DNA from: Octopus sinensis
Lineage: Eukaryota
NCBI RefSeq assembly: GCF_006345805.1
Contig: NC_043026.1
Location: forward strand, 2,480,001-2,544,000
Direction: 5' to 3'
Length of the DNA: 64,000 nt
Shown here: positions 25,234 through 38,346 of the stretch, in pieces
Position numbering within the stretch: the first letter of the stretch is position 1
How the letters are laid out: every line of letters begins with the position of its first letter
Made by a program: the position numbers and the translations under genes
The notes under the pieces: generated by a model
Told to the model about the DNA's origin: nothing
What the model saw: only the letters and a program-made list of their open reading frames with translations
Database searches by the model: none

Positions 25234-25773
25234 AAAAATACTTGTTTAAACCTGCGTTAACTCAATTTTTTATTCATATATATATATATATAGATGTATA
25301 TCGAATGGATGTCTTACAAAACTATTCCAAAAAGTTATAAAGTGTCTAAATAGAGCAAATGTAGATCGAGATACAGGCATCCCAGACAGACAGACAGAAT
25401 TCCACTTTTATTAATATAGATATATATAGACATCCCAAAATAGTCACCATTTTTTTTTCAAAGATTTATTTCTAGAAACCGAATGTCATTTGAAGAATTT
25501 GAATATTTAATCTAGTATTTAGTACACATACTTTGGCAAGTTTTTAATTTAACCTGTTCGGGCATTGTACTAACACGTAAAGTCTGCAAGGAGAAAACGG
25601 TATAAAGAGAAGTGTCTATTTACTTTTGAGATGTTCATGTATATTCATGTAGCATTCACTCACATGTAACTTCAATGGAAAATAAGATAATGCAAAAATA
25701 CGTCAATAAAAGCTCGAAATAAAATTAGAAAAGAAAAGAAGAGGTAAATAAAATCCAAGAAGAAATGACTCAC

Positions 25774-25991
25774 CAATCGGTGTTTAGTATGTATGTCATG
25801 TGATATAGTGATTTTGTCCTGGAAGCCAGCATCAATGAGCCATCCGATCCTCTCTATGCGCTGGGCATCACTGGGCATATCGATGTTCTCTTCCTGTTGG
25901 TAGTGAGAGGTTTCGATTCCAAACAGATCAAACTCACAATAAGACTTCATCTCAGCAAACTCGAGAATCGATTCTTTGTCGAGGAGAGTTC
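25774..25991 (-). CDS. PTER: PTER coding exon
   Basis: aactag|...|gtgagt. Translates (R)TLLDKESILEFAEMKSYCEFDLFGIETSHYQQEENIDMPSDAQRIERIGWLIDAGFQDKITISHDIHTKHRL, with the E.DLFG, DMP.D and HDIHTK motifs. Confidence 0.96.
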
Positions 25992-27741
25992 CTAGTTTAA
26001 CATTAAGATAGAGATATTGTCATCAACATCATCATCATCATCATCATGAACAGCTGCAGGATGACTAGCCACAGTTATCCTCACCATAATCATCATCCTT
26101 TTGACAAGCCCCTTAATCTCTTGGGGGTTGTTGGGGGCACTGCAGCCATGCAGCATATATCTAGGGTGAGAAAGCCTGACAGAAACCCTTCCTCCCCAGG
26201 CTAAACTCATTTCTACGGCCGAGTGGACTGGAGCAACATGAAGTGCTTTGCTCCAGAACACAATGGCTCACCCAGCCCAGGGATTGAAACCACAATCTTA
26301 CAGCTGTGAGTCCAACACCCTAACCACTAAGCAACGTGCCTCCACTAGTGGTGGTCATTTCTATAGCTGAGTAGACTGGAGCAACAAAACACAAGACATT
26401 TCTCGGTCCAGGAATCGAAATGACAATCTTGCCCTAACCACTAAGCCATTACTACCATTGTTATTGTGACTAAGGAAGCAATCTGGCAGGATTGTTGGTC
26501 AGCTAGAAGAAAAGCTCAGCAGTACTTCATTCCTTTTTACATTCTGAGTTCAAATTCTGCCAAGGTTGACTTTGTTTTTATCCTTTTGGGGTGGGGGTGG
26601 GAAATATTGCAAACCGATGTTCATATTAATTTTATTTATATATACACACATATAGTTATGTTTTTGAAGTCTGTGTTGCGGTGTGTTGACAGGCTTGCAG
26701 TTAAAATTCTCATGTTTTTAATCAAAACTTGTTAGTTACTATGGTGACAACACTAGCTATCTATCTCATTTTTACACAAACAAACAAACACACACTCTTT
26801 CTCTCCCAACAACAACTTTTTCTCCTCCCCTTCTTCCCACCTTGTAAATATACATTGCAACAGGGGTTTTGTCCTCTCTTTTCTCCCCCTTCTTTTCCCT
26901 CCTACATAGATGTGACAAATAGAGATCAACTTCTCTTTTATAATGTAAGATTATATACTGACTCTTCTCAATGGACTCATAACTCATTGCTCTTCAATGA
27001 GGGGATACAGCCCCTGTCACAGCATATATTTACATGGAGGGAAGAAGGGGAGAAAGAAAGGTTAAGTTGCTGTTGAGAGAAATACAGTGAGAGAGAGAGA
27101 GAGAGAGAGGTAGTATTGCAACCATGGTAACTAACAAGTTGAATCTGTATCTTATGAAACAGACAAGAAACTGATATTTTCAAACGCAGTATTGCCATTG
27201 AAACAGCAGAAATAATGGGAAATATTACCCTTACATGGTGGAAAAAGTTGTCAACAAACAGCCATGGGAGTTGAACCCACATCCCCTAAGACACTGGCTT
27301 TACCATTAAGCTAAACTACCTGCTGACAACATTTCCACCGATTTTAAACGCTAAATAGATAGCTTATAGAAATGTAACAACCACATGTGTATATAAACTA
27401 ACATTTGTTTTTTTTTAGAAGCGTTGAATGTGTATTGTACAATACAGACAAGAAAGTGATATTCGTGAATGGAGTATCACCATTAAAACACCCGAAAAGG
27501 CGGAATCCTATGGTTGTTTGTTGATAACTTTTTCTGCCTTGTAAGAGAAATAATATCCAATTTTTCTGCTGTTTTAACAACAAAACTGTGTATGAAATGA
27601 AGTGTTTTGCTCAAGAACACACACCACCCAGTTCAAGAATTGAATCCACGATCATCAAATTTCAAGTGCAACACCCTAGCCATTAGGCCACATGCCTTCA
27701 TACTGAATCCAGTAAGGGAAATTAAAAGAAACTATACTTAC

Positions 27742-27906
27742 TGTCCAGATGGGATATTACAATCTGGTCAGCTTTCGCTCCTGCTTCCGTCAAAATCCTC
27801 AGAATCTCAGCAGGTGATTTGGGATTCCTCCCTGGGTGAATAATTATTGGACATCCTGTGTGTTCTTGCGCCATTCCTGCAGCTCTCAGTACCTTACGTT
27901 CACTGT
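27742..27906 (-). CDS. PTER: PTER coding exon
   Basis: ttgcag|...|gtaagt. Translates (D)SERKVLRAAGMAQEHTGCPIIIHPGRNPKSPAEILRILTEAGAKADQIVISHLD, with the metal-binding HPGR and SHLD histidines. Confidence 0.96.
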
Positions 27907-28008
27907 CTGCAATTGGAGATTTGGTAGGATCACACACAGAATTTTATAAAATCAATAAAGAAATATATCTTCTCAGGTTAATAACACATCTTATATGTAA
28001 AACAATTA

Positions 28009-28330
28009 GGTACAGGTGTGGTTGTGTGGTAAGAAGCTTGCTTCCCAACCACATGGTTCCAGGTTCATCCCCACTGCATGGCATCTTGGGCAAGTGTCTT
28101 CCACTATAGCCTCGGGCCAATGGAAGCATTGTCAATGGATTTGGTAAATGGAAACTGTAAGAAGCTTGTCATATATGTGTGTGTGTGTGTGTGTTTGTTT
28201 GTCTGCCCACCATTGCTTGGCAACTGATGTTGGTGTTTCCATCCCCATAACTTACCGGTTCAGCTAAGAGACTGATAGAATAAGTACTAGGGTTAGAAAC
28301 AATAAGTTCTGGGATCGATTTGTTCAACAG
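28009..28330 (+). mobile_element. SINE family 1
   Basis: Same consensus. Confidence 0.82.
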
Positions 28331-28412
28331 AAACTCTTTTCATCACAGTATATATATATATATATATATAAAGATATGAAATCCGAATAAGCAACAGGAT
28401 ATCCAGAGGTGA

Positions 28413-28498
28413 TGCAGTACGACTGTTTCAAGTGGCTCCATTTAATTGAACAATGCAATCATTACATCAATTTAAATGCAGTGCCATCTTCAGCTGCA
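28413..28498 (-). ncRNA. Type I hammerhead ribozyme motif, canonical core, sense in a PTER intron
   Basis: ugcag CUGAAGA uggc...gcca cuu GAAAC aguc GUA cugca. Perfect 5-bp stem I, long stem II with an imperfect base. Confidence 0.8.
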
Positions 28499-30264
28499 CA
28501 AATAAATAAATAGAATTTTAACAAGTAGGACACATTATATATATACTACGTCCCCTAAGAATCAAAACCACTGGGAATTGCTAGTTAAGTTCTAGCTGTT
28601 GATGATAAATTCATTAATGTCCCAAACCCCTGATTCACAATGGCTATAAACTCCCTATGACCACAAAAGAAATAAGTCTGAGAAGAAGTCAGTAAGATAG
28701 TAGTATATACCCAGAAAGAGGGTGGGTAGGGGTGACATAAACTATTTTATTATTATCAGCTAAAAGTGGACTAAAATAGAAAACAAAGGAGGTCACAATG
28801 AGATCTGGAACGTAAGTGATGTATGTTCCCAGCATAAACAAAATTGGATGAAAAATATTGATTTTAAGGGGGATAAAAAAAAAGGCCTGTACACACACAC
28901 CTTCCCCCACCTCACACATCCATTACCTATCCACTTTCAAAAAGTTAAAACCTCCCAATGTTTCACTTTCGTCTGATGTTTCATGAATGCGTAGAATTGA
29001 ACTGAAATAGAAGACATAAAAATACCAGACCACTACCAGAAAACCCGACATGCTAGAAACAACAGGTAAATGACATTATTTCAGAAGAAACTTCCCCACT
29101 TTTCAAAAAGCTAAAAGTGAGTCTTTAGCTTTTTGAAAGTAGTGAAGTGATGGGTAGATTTTTGAGAAGGAGCTTTTAGTGTTTCTTTTAAAAAAAAGGA
29201 AGAAGAAAATTCTTCAAGATTCATTCTGTCTTTTTTTCCATGGATTACCAAGAAAAAGATTTGGAAAAAAGTAAAAATGAAGAAAATTAAAATATTGAGA
29301 ATGTGTTTTATGGGTGAAATCCTAATCTCCTGTAGCGAAAACATAGGAATCAGAAGCCATTTAGGAAAAAATAAGGTGGGGCACAAATGTCACACCTTGG
29401 ACATGCAAGAAACAACAGGGAAAGGATTTCTGGAAAAACTTCCTTCTAAATTTGTATCGAAGATCAGGTTTTTAAACTGGATTTGAACTGTAATTTTGTA
29501 CATGCATACAGCAAGAAATAACATAATTCATGCAGAAGTTTTACCTAGAGTGTGTGTGTGTGTGTGTACCAAAGGAAGTTATTTTATGGTATTCTTTCAT
29601 TTGAAGCAGCAAAGTTGTCAATTCAATCATATAGGATCATATGATTGTTCGTTCATTTCTGCAAAATTTTTTATTTCTTTATGTTTTGAAGAAAGCAGAA
29701 ATTGAAAGAGAGGAGAAAGTGAAAAAATTGACAATTGCTTTGAAGTGAGGGCAGAAAGTGAAATATGTATGTATGTGTATATGAAATGGATGTGTGTGTC
29801 TTTGTGCATGAGAGAGAGTGTGAGTGAAGGTGTGGGATGCCATGCATGTATGTGTAAGTGATACTCACTCTCTCTCTCTTTCTCACACACGCTTATATAC
29901 ACATACACAAATACATATGTGTGTATGTATGCATGTGAGAGTGTGAGTGAGTGATCGTATTTCCTCATAACATATAGAGAAATGGATGTCTGTTAATGAA
30001 ATTCTTTTGGTTGTGGCTTATTTTAATCCAATATTTATGTAATGCAAGAAACAGCCAGGTTTCTTTCTCCAACATTTTACATAGTTCAACCTACACTATT
30101 GTTTGTGTGAAAAACAAAATTTAGAATTTAGAAGGAAGTTTCTATAAAACTAGTTTTTAAACATCGGATGGCTTAAAGGGATCCACCAGAATAAAATATT
30201 AATTAAAGGGGTCCATAGATAAAAAAACAAAATGGTTGAGAACCCCTGGTTTAAAAGGGATTAC

Positions 30265-30420
30265 CTGTGAGGGGCCACGAACAGCCAATTTCTCCAATAA
30301 CCCCACAATGTATTCCAGAGGTGCCAACACCAGATATTATATCATGTTCCATTAGTGACGCCAGTTTCTCAGCAGGGGTTTTACGAGTTTCATCGCTATG
30401 AGTTATGTCGACATAAAAAC
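30265..30420 (-). CDS. PTER: PTER coding exon
   Basis: tttacag|...|gtaatc. Translates (G)FYVDITHSDETRKTPAEKLASLMEHDIISGVGTSGIHCGVIGEIGCSWPLT, containing the PTER GFY and CG.IGEIGCSWPLT motifs. Phase 1 to 1, compatible with both neighbours. Confidence 0.96.
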
Positions 30421-30636
30421 CTGTAAAGTGAGATGAGGATTAAGAAATTAAGGATTAACTTTTGTAGCCATGAACAGATTTAAGTGAGGGATGTTTATAC
30501 ACTAATACATTCAAATGGATGCTAATATACAGGAGTCATATATGGTTACAGGTAGGTGGGTTTGTGTGTGTGTGTGTGTGTATTTATGTCTAGATATGTA
30601 TGTGTGCATGCACACACACACACACATACACACACA

Positions 30637-30690
<54 letters not shown>

Positions 30691-30694
<4 letters not shown>

Positions 30695-30912
30695 AGGGTT
30701 TGCTGAAAAGTTCCTGGCTTTGGGTTAAAGAAAATACAAGAGGATCAGTTAATTATGATTTTATTCAACATGTTCCCTTTTCAGATTTACACCCTTCTTG
30801 CAGCGCAGTCCTTCAGTTTTTCTGAGCCCTGCAAAAGAACTCAGAAGGTTGGGCCTCCACCCAGGCTTTTCATGATACCCTTAAAGCCAGGAACTTTTCA
30901 GCACCCCTCATG
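30691..30912. mobile_element. Mariner-derived MITE
   Basis: TIRs catgaggg.tgctgaaaagttcctggcttt and aaagccaggaacttttcagcacccctcatg, followed by TA. Confidence 0.82.
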
Positions 30913-31499
30913 TATAGTTTTATATATAATATATATGAGCGTACAATATATAGGAAGGATCTGGAAATAATTACAAGGCAGCTAAATGTTGCTTAAGTGT
31001 CCTTGGAAACAACAGACACACTTGTGTGGGATTTGAATCTGAGGAGGAGCAAGACGTGTTTAGGAGGAAAAAGGAAAAATAGAAAAAGGGGACAGAAAAG
31101 GTCATGTGTATAATATGCATATGCAAACACATACACATACACACAACATGTATTTAGATAAACATACATAGTTTTTACTAATATTACATATATACATATA
31201 AACACACACATTGATATATACATATGCACATATATATATATATATATACATGCATAAGCAAACCTATATTTATATATATATATATATATATACACTCACT
31301 TACATACGTACAAGTGTACATATAAATGAAGTCATATACATCTATTGATGTTAGCATATATGTATATATGTATGTATTGTGAGTATATGAATGTGTGTAG
31401 ATGTGTTTGTATGTACAAGTGGATGTGTGTATGTATATGTGTATATATATATATATATGTGTGTGTATATACATGTGTATGTATGTATGTATAGTGGCT

Positions 31500-32460
31500 T
31501 CCCTCCCCTCACATCCATGACACTAACCCTGCTCTTTGTCTTTTCAACTCCTTCTCCTTCCCTCCTGGCCCTTCTAATCTTCTCTTCACTCTTGATATCG
31601 AGAGTCTATATATGGTGATCCCACACCACGAAGAACTTCCTACACCTTCAACCCAACCGCCAACCTGCCATGTCCACATTTCTGCATTCGGCCAAACTTG
31701 ACCTCTCCCTCAACTGATTCTTGTTTGTGGGGGAGTTTTAGCAACAGGTCTCGAGAGTGGCTATGGGAATGAGAATCGGCCCCAACTATGCGAACCTGTT
31801 CATTGGCTATATTGAGGCCCAAATATTTTCAAGATCCACTGGTCCCACTTCCGAACTATATGGTCGTTATATTGATGACAGTATCGGTGTGGCCTCGCTC
31901 TTGCATGAACAATGAGACTCCTTCCTCTTTTTTGTCCAATCCTTCCATCCTGCCCTTAAATTCTCCTGCACCATTTCCAACAAATGAGCCCACAATCTAT
32001 GTGACCTCCTGGTCCACAGTTTCTTTCCTAACCCCACCTCCCAACCTTGCTCATTCCCCTGCTCCCGCCCATGCTGCTGCACTTGCCCCTACCTCTCCAA
32101 CACCACTATCCTCACAGTCATCATCATCCCTATCATATCACTGACTCTTTTTACCTGCACTTCTAGCAACATCATTTACTGCATCTCCTTCTCTTTCTGT
32201 CCTTCTCTATATATCGGTCAAACAGGACGCCACTTGGCTGAACTGTTCCTGGAGTACCTCTGAGATATTAGACTCAGCAATGACACCCTGGTCTCATACC
32301 ATTTCCACTCTACCGGTCATTCATTATAACACCTGTCTGTGTTCGGATTGTCTTTGCACAGGAGCCATCCGGATTCCTGCCTTTGCCATGAACAGGAATT
32401 AATTTTCTCTCTTCACTCCGTTACAGTACGTTGACTCAGCTCCTCTCCCCTCCCCACTTC
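31500..32460 (+). mobile_element. Degraded Penelope-like element of a different family (Neptune-like), RT plus GIY-YIG, internally deleted
   Basis: Manual translation gives VAMGMRIGPNYANLFIGYIE...YGRYIDD...FHPALKF (PLE RT) and FTCTSSNIIYCISFSFCPSLYIGQTGR (GIY-YIG), with stop codons. Confidence 0.85.
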
Positions 32461-33177
32461 ATCTGACTCCTACTTCCTCTCTTCACTCCCACCCACCTTC
32501 TCCCTTCATTGATACTCCTTCCATCCACCCACCCCCCTCTGTCACTATTCATTGACACTCCTACTATTGCTCATGTAGGGGTGAGAGTAATAGGCATAGA
32601 GAAGGTAGTAGATTGACCATTGTGATGGTAATGGGGTGATAGGAATAGTATGAGTTGTAGTTGTGATAGAGGTGGAGGCGATGGTGATGATGGTGGTGGT
32701 GGTGGTAGCTGAAGCAGTCAGGAACAACAGTGATAGTAAGTGATGTGAAAGACAGTAGCAATAGTGGTGGAGGGGAAGGCAGCAAAGTCAAAGGTATTGA
32801 TGGTGGTGGCGTGAGAAGTCTGAATGGTGTGTGTATGGCAGTTGTGGTGGCGATGGTGGTGGTACTGGTGGTGGTGGTTGAAAACAATCAACAGAAAGAG
32901 AGAGAAAGACAGAGAGAGAGAGACAGAGAGGGAAAGAGAAAGAGAAGAGGTTAGACAGAAAAAAAAAGATTGTACTGAACCCTGAATGGGAAGACAAAAA
33001 AGTGTTGTTTATTTTGCAGTTTTGCAATAAGTTCCATCTCGACAAATTATATCATTGTTTTGATGGAAATTGTTGATTGCTTGGAAAATATTGGTCGAGT
33101 TTAATAAAATTTAATATGAAGTGTATCATTGTTGGGCCCAAGGCCTAATGAAGAGCCACCCAGTGGCTTTTAAGCTA

Positions 33178-33259
<82 letters not shown>

Positions 33260-33522
33260 ATATATAACATAATAAATAAATAAAACATATGCATATATAC
33301 ATACATATATGTACGTACCTACCTCTACATGTATATATACATGCACATATGGGTACAGGACACCAAAAAAACGTCGAACACAATGAGAAACGAAAACATA
33401 AACACAAAACCAAGGAAATGGACATTTTTCTTAAACAACGAAAAAATAGAGTACAGGACATACAAAACAAGGAAAATTCCCCTTCTTCAGTCGCCTTAGA
33501 TTCATCTACTCCACGTTTCGAA

Positions 33523-33568
<46 letters not shown>

Positions 33569-33916
33569 GTGTATATGTATATATATGTACATATTGTGTT
33601 CTTCTATACATGTGTATATGTTTGTATGTATGTGTATGTGTGTACGTATATAAATATAAAAATTTATATATATAGTTGGAATTTACAAAAAACAAACGAC
33701 GAAGACAGGTGTGTGCAGGTATGTATGTGTGTATGTATACATCAATATGTGTGTGTGTGTGTGTGTTTGTATGTAAATATGTAATATTAGTAAAAAAATA
33801 TATATGTTTATCTAAGCACGTTGTGTGTATGTGTACATGTTTGCATATGCATATATATACATGACATTTTCTGGGGCTTCATATATCTGTTAAAATGTCT
33901 GTGTGTTGAGTACTGA

Positions 33917-34008
33917 TATCCTCCCTGAAGAGATTCATGCATTGCTAAACATTATTCATCCTGTCAGATATATTTTGGATGCATCCATCGAAACATGTGT
34001 AGGAGATA
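33917..34008 (+). ncRNA. Type I hammerhead ribozyme motif, canonical core
   Basis: uauc-cucc CUGAAGA gau..augcau...augcau..auc GAAAC augu GUA ggag-aua. Confidence 0.82.
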
Positions 34009-34066
34009 AGAAGACATAAATGATTTAATAACATCTTGAGCATTTGTCTCCCCTTTCTATTTTTCC

Positions 34067-34113
<47 letters not shown>

Positions 34114-34114
34114 C

Positions 34115-34500
34115 CTTTACTCTTTTACTTGTTTCAGTCATTTGACTGCGGCCATGCTGCAGCACTGCCGGGGCTTATTCCTTTGTAAGCCCAGTACTTA
34201 TTCTATTGGTCTCTTTTTTGCCGAACCGCTAAGTAACGGGGACATAAACACACCAGCATCGGTTGTCAAGCAATGCTAGGGGGACAAACACAGACACACA
34301 AACACACACACGCATATATATATATACATATATACGACGGGCTTCTTTCAGTTTCCGTCTACCAAATCCACTCACAAGGCTTTGGTCGGCCCAGGCTATA
34401 GTAGAAGACACTTGCCTAAGGTGCCACGCAGTGGGACTGAACCCGGAACCATGTGGTTGGTAAACAAGCTACTTACCACACAAAGCCCCCTCCTTGCGCC
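34115..34500 (-). mobile_element. SINE family 1
   Basis: Same consensus. Confidence 0.88.
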
Positions 34501-34583
<83 letters not shown>

Positions 34584-35515
34584 ATATATAATATATATAT
34601 AGTATATTTATATATATATATATATATAGATATATATATATATATATATTATAATATATATATACATATATATAATATATAAAATATTATATATATAAAT
34701 AATATATATATATATTATATATAATATATATATATATATAATATATATGTTATATATATATATACATATATATAATGAATTAAAAGCATTGGTGATGTTG
34801 TAAATTATTATCAACTCAGTGAATGTGTTTTTGCTCGTTTACAGTATAGTGCATTGTGGACGACTCCTTCATAGCATCATCATCATCATCATCATCATCG
34901 TTTAACGTCTGCTTTCCATGCTGGTATGGGTTGGACGGTTTGACTAGGGGTTGGCAAGCCAGAAGGCTGTACCAGTGGGTATCATAGACACATGACACAG
35001 CTCATCTCCAATCCCATTCAGGAGTGATGGATACAGATATTTACCATTTTGGAGGTTTATCAACATCATGTACCTGAATCGAACCTGGGATGAACTTTAT
35101 ACAAAGAAGAGTCAAATGCATTTATGGCCTCTGTGTGTGCGTGTGAGTGCATGTGTGTGTGTGTGTGTGTGTGTGAACTTGTGTTTGTAAGGCCACAACA
35201 TTGGTCAGTGTCTGCTCAGTCAACCTAGTACTGAACTGGACCTTTGTTCATCAACCCAAAAAGTATGCAAAGTTGACCTCAGTGAAATTTGAACTCAGAA
35301 CAGAATGCCACTCAGCATTTTCTCCAGCATGCTAACAATTCTGCCAGTTCCCCATCTTGAATGGTAAAAAGCTGTAAAAAGGATGGAAAAGGAAACAGAA
35401 ACCCATAAATGAGAAACAAACAACAACATCAAAAAATGCTGCGCCATTCATTATGGGTACCTGACAAGATTTTAAAAAAAGGGAGAGAAACTAAAGCCAT
35501 AAATAAGTATGTTAC

Positions 35516-35627
35516 CTGTGCCTGCAATGATATTCACACCTGACTGTTCAGAGACTTTCTTCAAGAATTCAACATTTGGATTTAATCCAATCACAGTGTT
35601 GTCTACAATAGACGATCCACCATTTGC
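35516..35627 (-). CDS. PTER: Phosphotriesterase-related protein, first coding exon found (internal exon)
   Basis: ttcttcag|...|gtaaca splice sites. Translates ANGGSSIVDNTVIGLNPNVEFLKKVSEQSGVNIIAGT(G), matching the PTER segment ANGG..IV.NT..G......LK...E.SGV.II.G.G. Phase 0 to 1. Confidence 0.95.
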
Positions 35628-35649
35628 CTGAAGAACAGATTTCATATTT

Positions 35650-36515
35650 GGAGAAAAACAACTTATTTTAAATCTCTGAGTGAGAGATTATACAGTAACA
35701 GTACCAAACAGTAATACATATATATAAGCCAACTGAATGTGGCAGTCCTATAAAGGACAGTGTTACTGTTGTTATAGCCCCAGGAAAACCTCTTTTCTAG
35801 CTGGCTATCAACAGACAGTTTGTGTCTGTATAGCATTTGTGAGGGAGGTCATCGCTCCCATCTCTAGCCTTATGTGATACTCACAGCCCCAGGTTTCTAG
35901 GTGCTTACCTGTCCTCAGTGTAAGACAATCACAGGCTAGTCACAAAAGCTTTCTCCACTCACAAATGCTAGATATTTTTTAAGCAACAAACAGTCGCTGT
36001 TCTTGTAGAGAGAAAAACAACTTGTTTTAAATCTTAGAATGAGAGATATATAGTAACAGTACCAAATAGTAATGTTTATATCCTAACAGAATGTGGCAGT
36101 CCTATAAAGGACGGTGTTACTATTGTTATAGCCCCAGGAAAACATCAGTAACATCGTCCTCTATAGGACTGCCACATTCTGTTGGCATATAAGCATTACT
36201 ATTCGGTACTGCTACAGTATATCTCTCTCAAGTTGTTTTTCTCTCTACAAGTTCAGCGACTGTGTGTCACTTAGAAAATAGATAACATTTGTGAGTGGAG
36301 AAAGTTTTTGTCACTCGCCTGTGATTGCCTCACAATGAAACCCAGGGCTGTGAGTATCATGTAAGGCTAGAGATAGGAGCAATGACCTCCCTTGTGAATG
36401 CTATACGGACACAAACTGTGTGTCAACAGCCAGCTGGAAAAGAGGTTTTCCTGGGGCTATGACAACAGTAACAACGTCCTTTATAGGACTGCCACATTCT
36501 GTTGGCATATAAAGC
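35650..36515. mobile_element. Tandem plus inverted array of PLE-type pseudo-LTR copies
   Basis: Unit 35650-36005, partial direct copy 36008-36145, then inverted copies 36146-36250 and 36250-36512. Shares motifs with the 21730-22293 family. Confidence 0.8.
35874..35932 (-). ncRNA. Hammerhead-like motif with non-canonical cleavage triplet (GGC)
   Basis: gugau..cuuaca CUGAGGA c aggu aagc accu a GAAAC cugg GGC ugugag u aucac. Same architecture as 21934-21992. Confidence 0.6.
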
Positions 36516-37519
36516 TTTCATATATATATATATATATATATCATTATTAATATATCAGGGGCAAATTCATTATAAATATTAACCTTACTAATTAATTTAA
36601 TCACAAATCATAATGGGAAACTTTTGTTATACCCATTCTTGAAATTTGATGGCAGGTGTCCTGAAATAACAAAGCACACCCCACAACATATTGTATCATA
36701 AGATGGTACCATGAGTATCGTAGGATAATGGGAAAACTACAAAAAATTAACGGTGAAGAGTGCTTTGACAGCAGAGTTGCAGGTTCGTTTTCGTGGTGAG
36801 AAGTTGTATGTTTAAATTAATTTAAAATTCCTGAACTAAAACTAATTTTTTTTTACAATAATTTTTTTCTTAGAATATCATCATAAAAACTTTGATCTTA
36901 ATTTGTTTTCAAAACTAAATAATACACTTTTAGAATTCAGAACCAAAACTTAAGTCGGGTCTAATTCTGGCATTGTTAGTGCACCAAACACTACAAGTTT
37001 GGGTAAAGTCAGCAGTTTTGTCATTCGATGTGAAAGGTGGTGCATTAATATTTTGCTCAGTGAATTTTGTGATTCTTTCTAGTTTTATGCTTAGGTATTT
37101 TAATTAAAATTTAATTAGTGTTGATTTTAAACATCTGTTCACATTTTGAATAGAAATACACAGCTTGTCTGCCTAATTTGAGTAATACTAATGTCAGCAT
37201 GGTGAGTGTGGCAGCACACCCAATGACCACCACCACCATACGCCACTGACACATATATGCATATGTGTCTATATATGTATATATATGTATATTGGTTTCA
37301 AATTCTGGCACAAGGCTTGTAAGTTCAAGGGAAGAGGTAAGATGATAACAGCGACCCCTAGTGCTCAACTGGTCCTTATTTTATCAACCCTGAAGGGATG
37401 AAAAGCAAAGTTGGCCTCAGTGGAATTTGAACTTGGAACCTGAAGGCAGGTGAAATGCTGCCAAGCATTTTGCCCACCCGGCTAATGATTCTGCTTAACG
37501 AATCATTAATAGTCTTTTA

Positions 37520-38045
37520 GTCTTTTACCTGCTCCAGTCATTTGACTGGCCATAATGGAGCACTGCTTAAAGGGTTTTAGTCAAAGAAGTCAACCCCAGG
37601 ACTTATTCATTTTAAGCCTAGTACTTATTCTATCAGTCTCTTTTGCTGAACCACTAAGTTACAGGGACAAACACACCAACATCATTTGTCAAGCAATGGT
37701 GGTGGACAAACACAGACACACACACAGAAACACAAATATACACACACACACATATGATGGGCTTCTCTCAGTTTCCACCTACCAAATCCACTCGCAGAGG
37801 CTTTGGTTGGTCTGAGGGTATAATAGAAGACACTTGCCCATGGTGCCACCCGGAACCATGTGGTTGGGAAGCAAGCTTCTTATCACACAGCCACTCCTGC
37901 GCCATATGATGGGCTTCTTTCAGTTTCCGCCTACCAAATCCACTCCCAAAGGCTTTGGTTGGTCTGAGGGTATAATAGAAGACACTTGCCCACGGTGCCA
38001 CCCGGAACCATGTGGTTGGGAAGCAAGCTTCTTATCACACAGCCT
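37520..38045 (-). mobile_element. SINE family 1 with a tandemly duplicated head of about 150 bp
   Basis: 37751-37900 is repeated at 37903-38044. Confidence 0.82.
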
Positions 38046-38346
38046 CTACCTATATATTAGAGACAGTGTGATCTGAAAAGAACTCGCCACAGGAAGTCGA
38101 TAAGCATCAAACACGTACACAACTTGTATACCTGACTAAAAGAGGATTATACACGATCAGCAAAGTTTATCAATTGTCGTATGTTATATACTTCATCCCA
38201 TATTGTGACAGAAAGTACAAGGTGAAAATTAGCAATTAAAAGTGCTAATTATGCAAATAGAGATCAAAGAGTGTAGAGAATAGAAAAGCCAAGTGAAGAC
38301 TACATATATTTCCAATCTACACTTAACATGTAACATATAAAGATAG

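Noticed and set aside
25625-25645. Minus-strand IHEHL resembling the missing PTER HEH motif
   Set aside because: It lies downstream of later exons and has no flanking PTER similarity; chance match.
33478-33523. Minus-strand CGAAACGU followed by CUGAAGAAG
   Set aside because: Hammerhead half-motifs are in the wrong order and I could not pair the stems into any topology.
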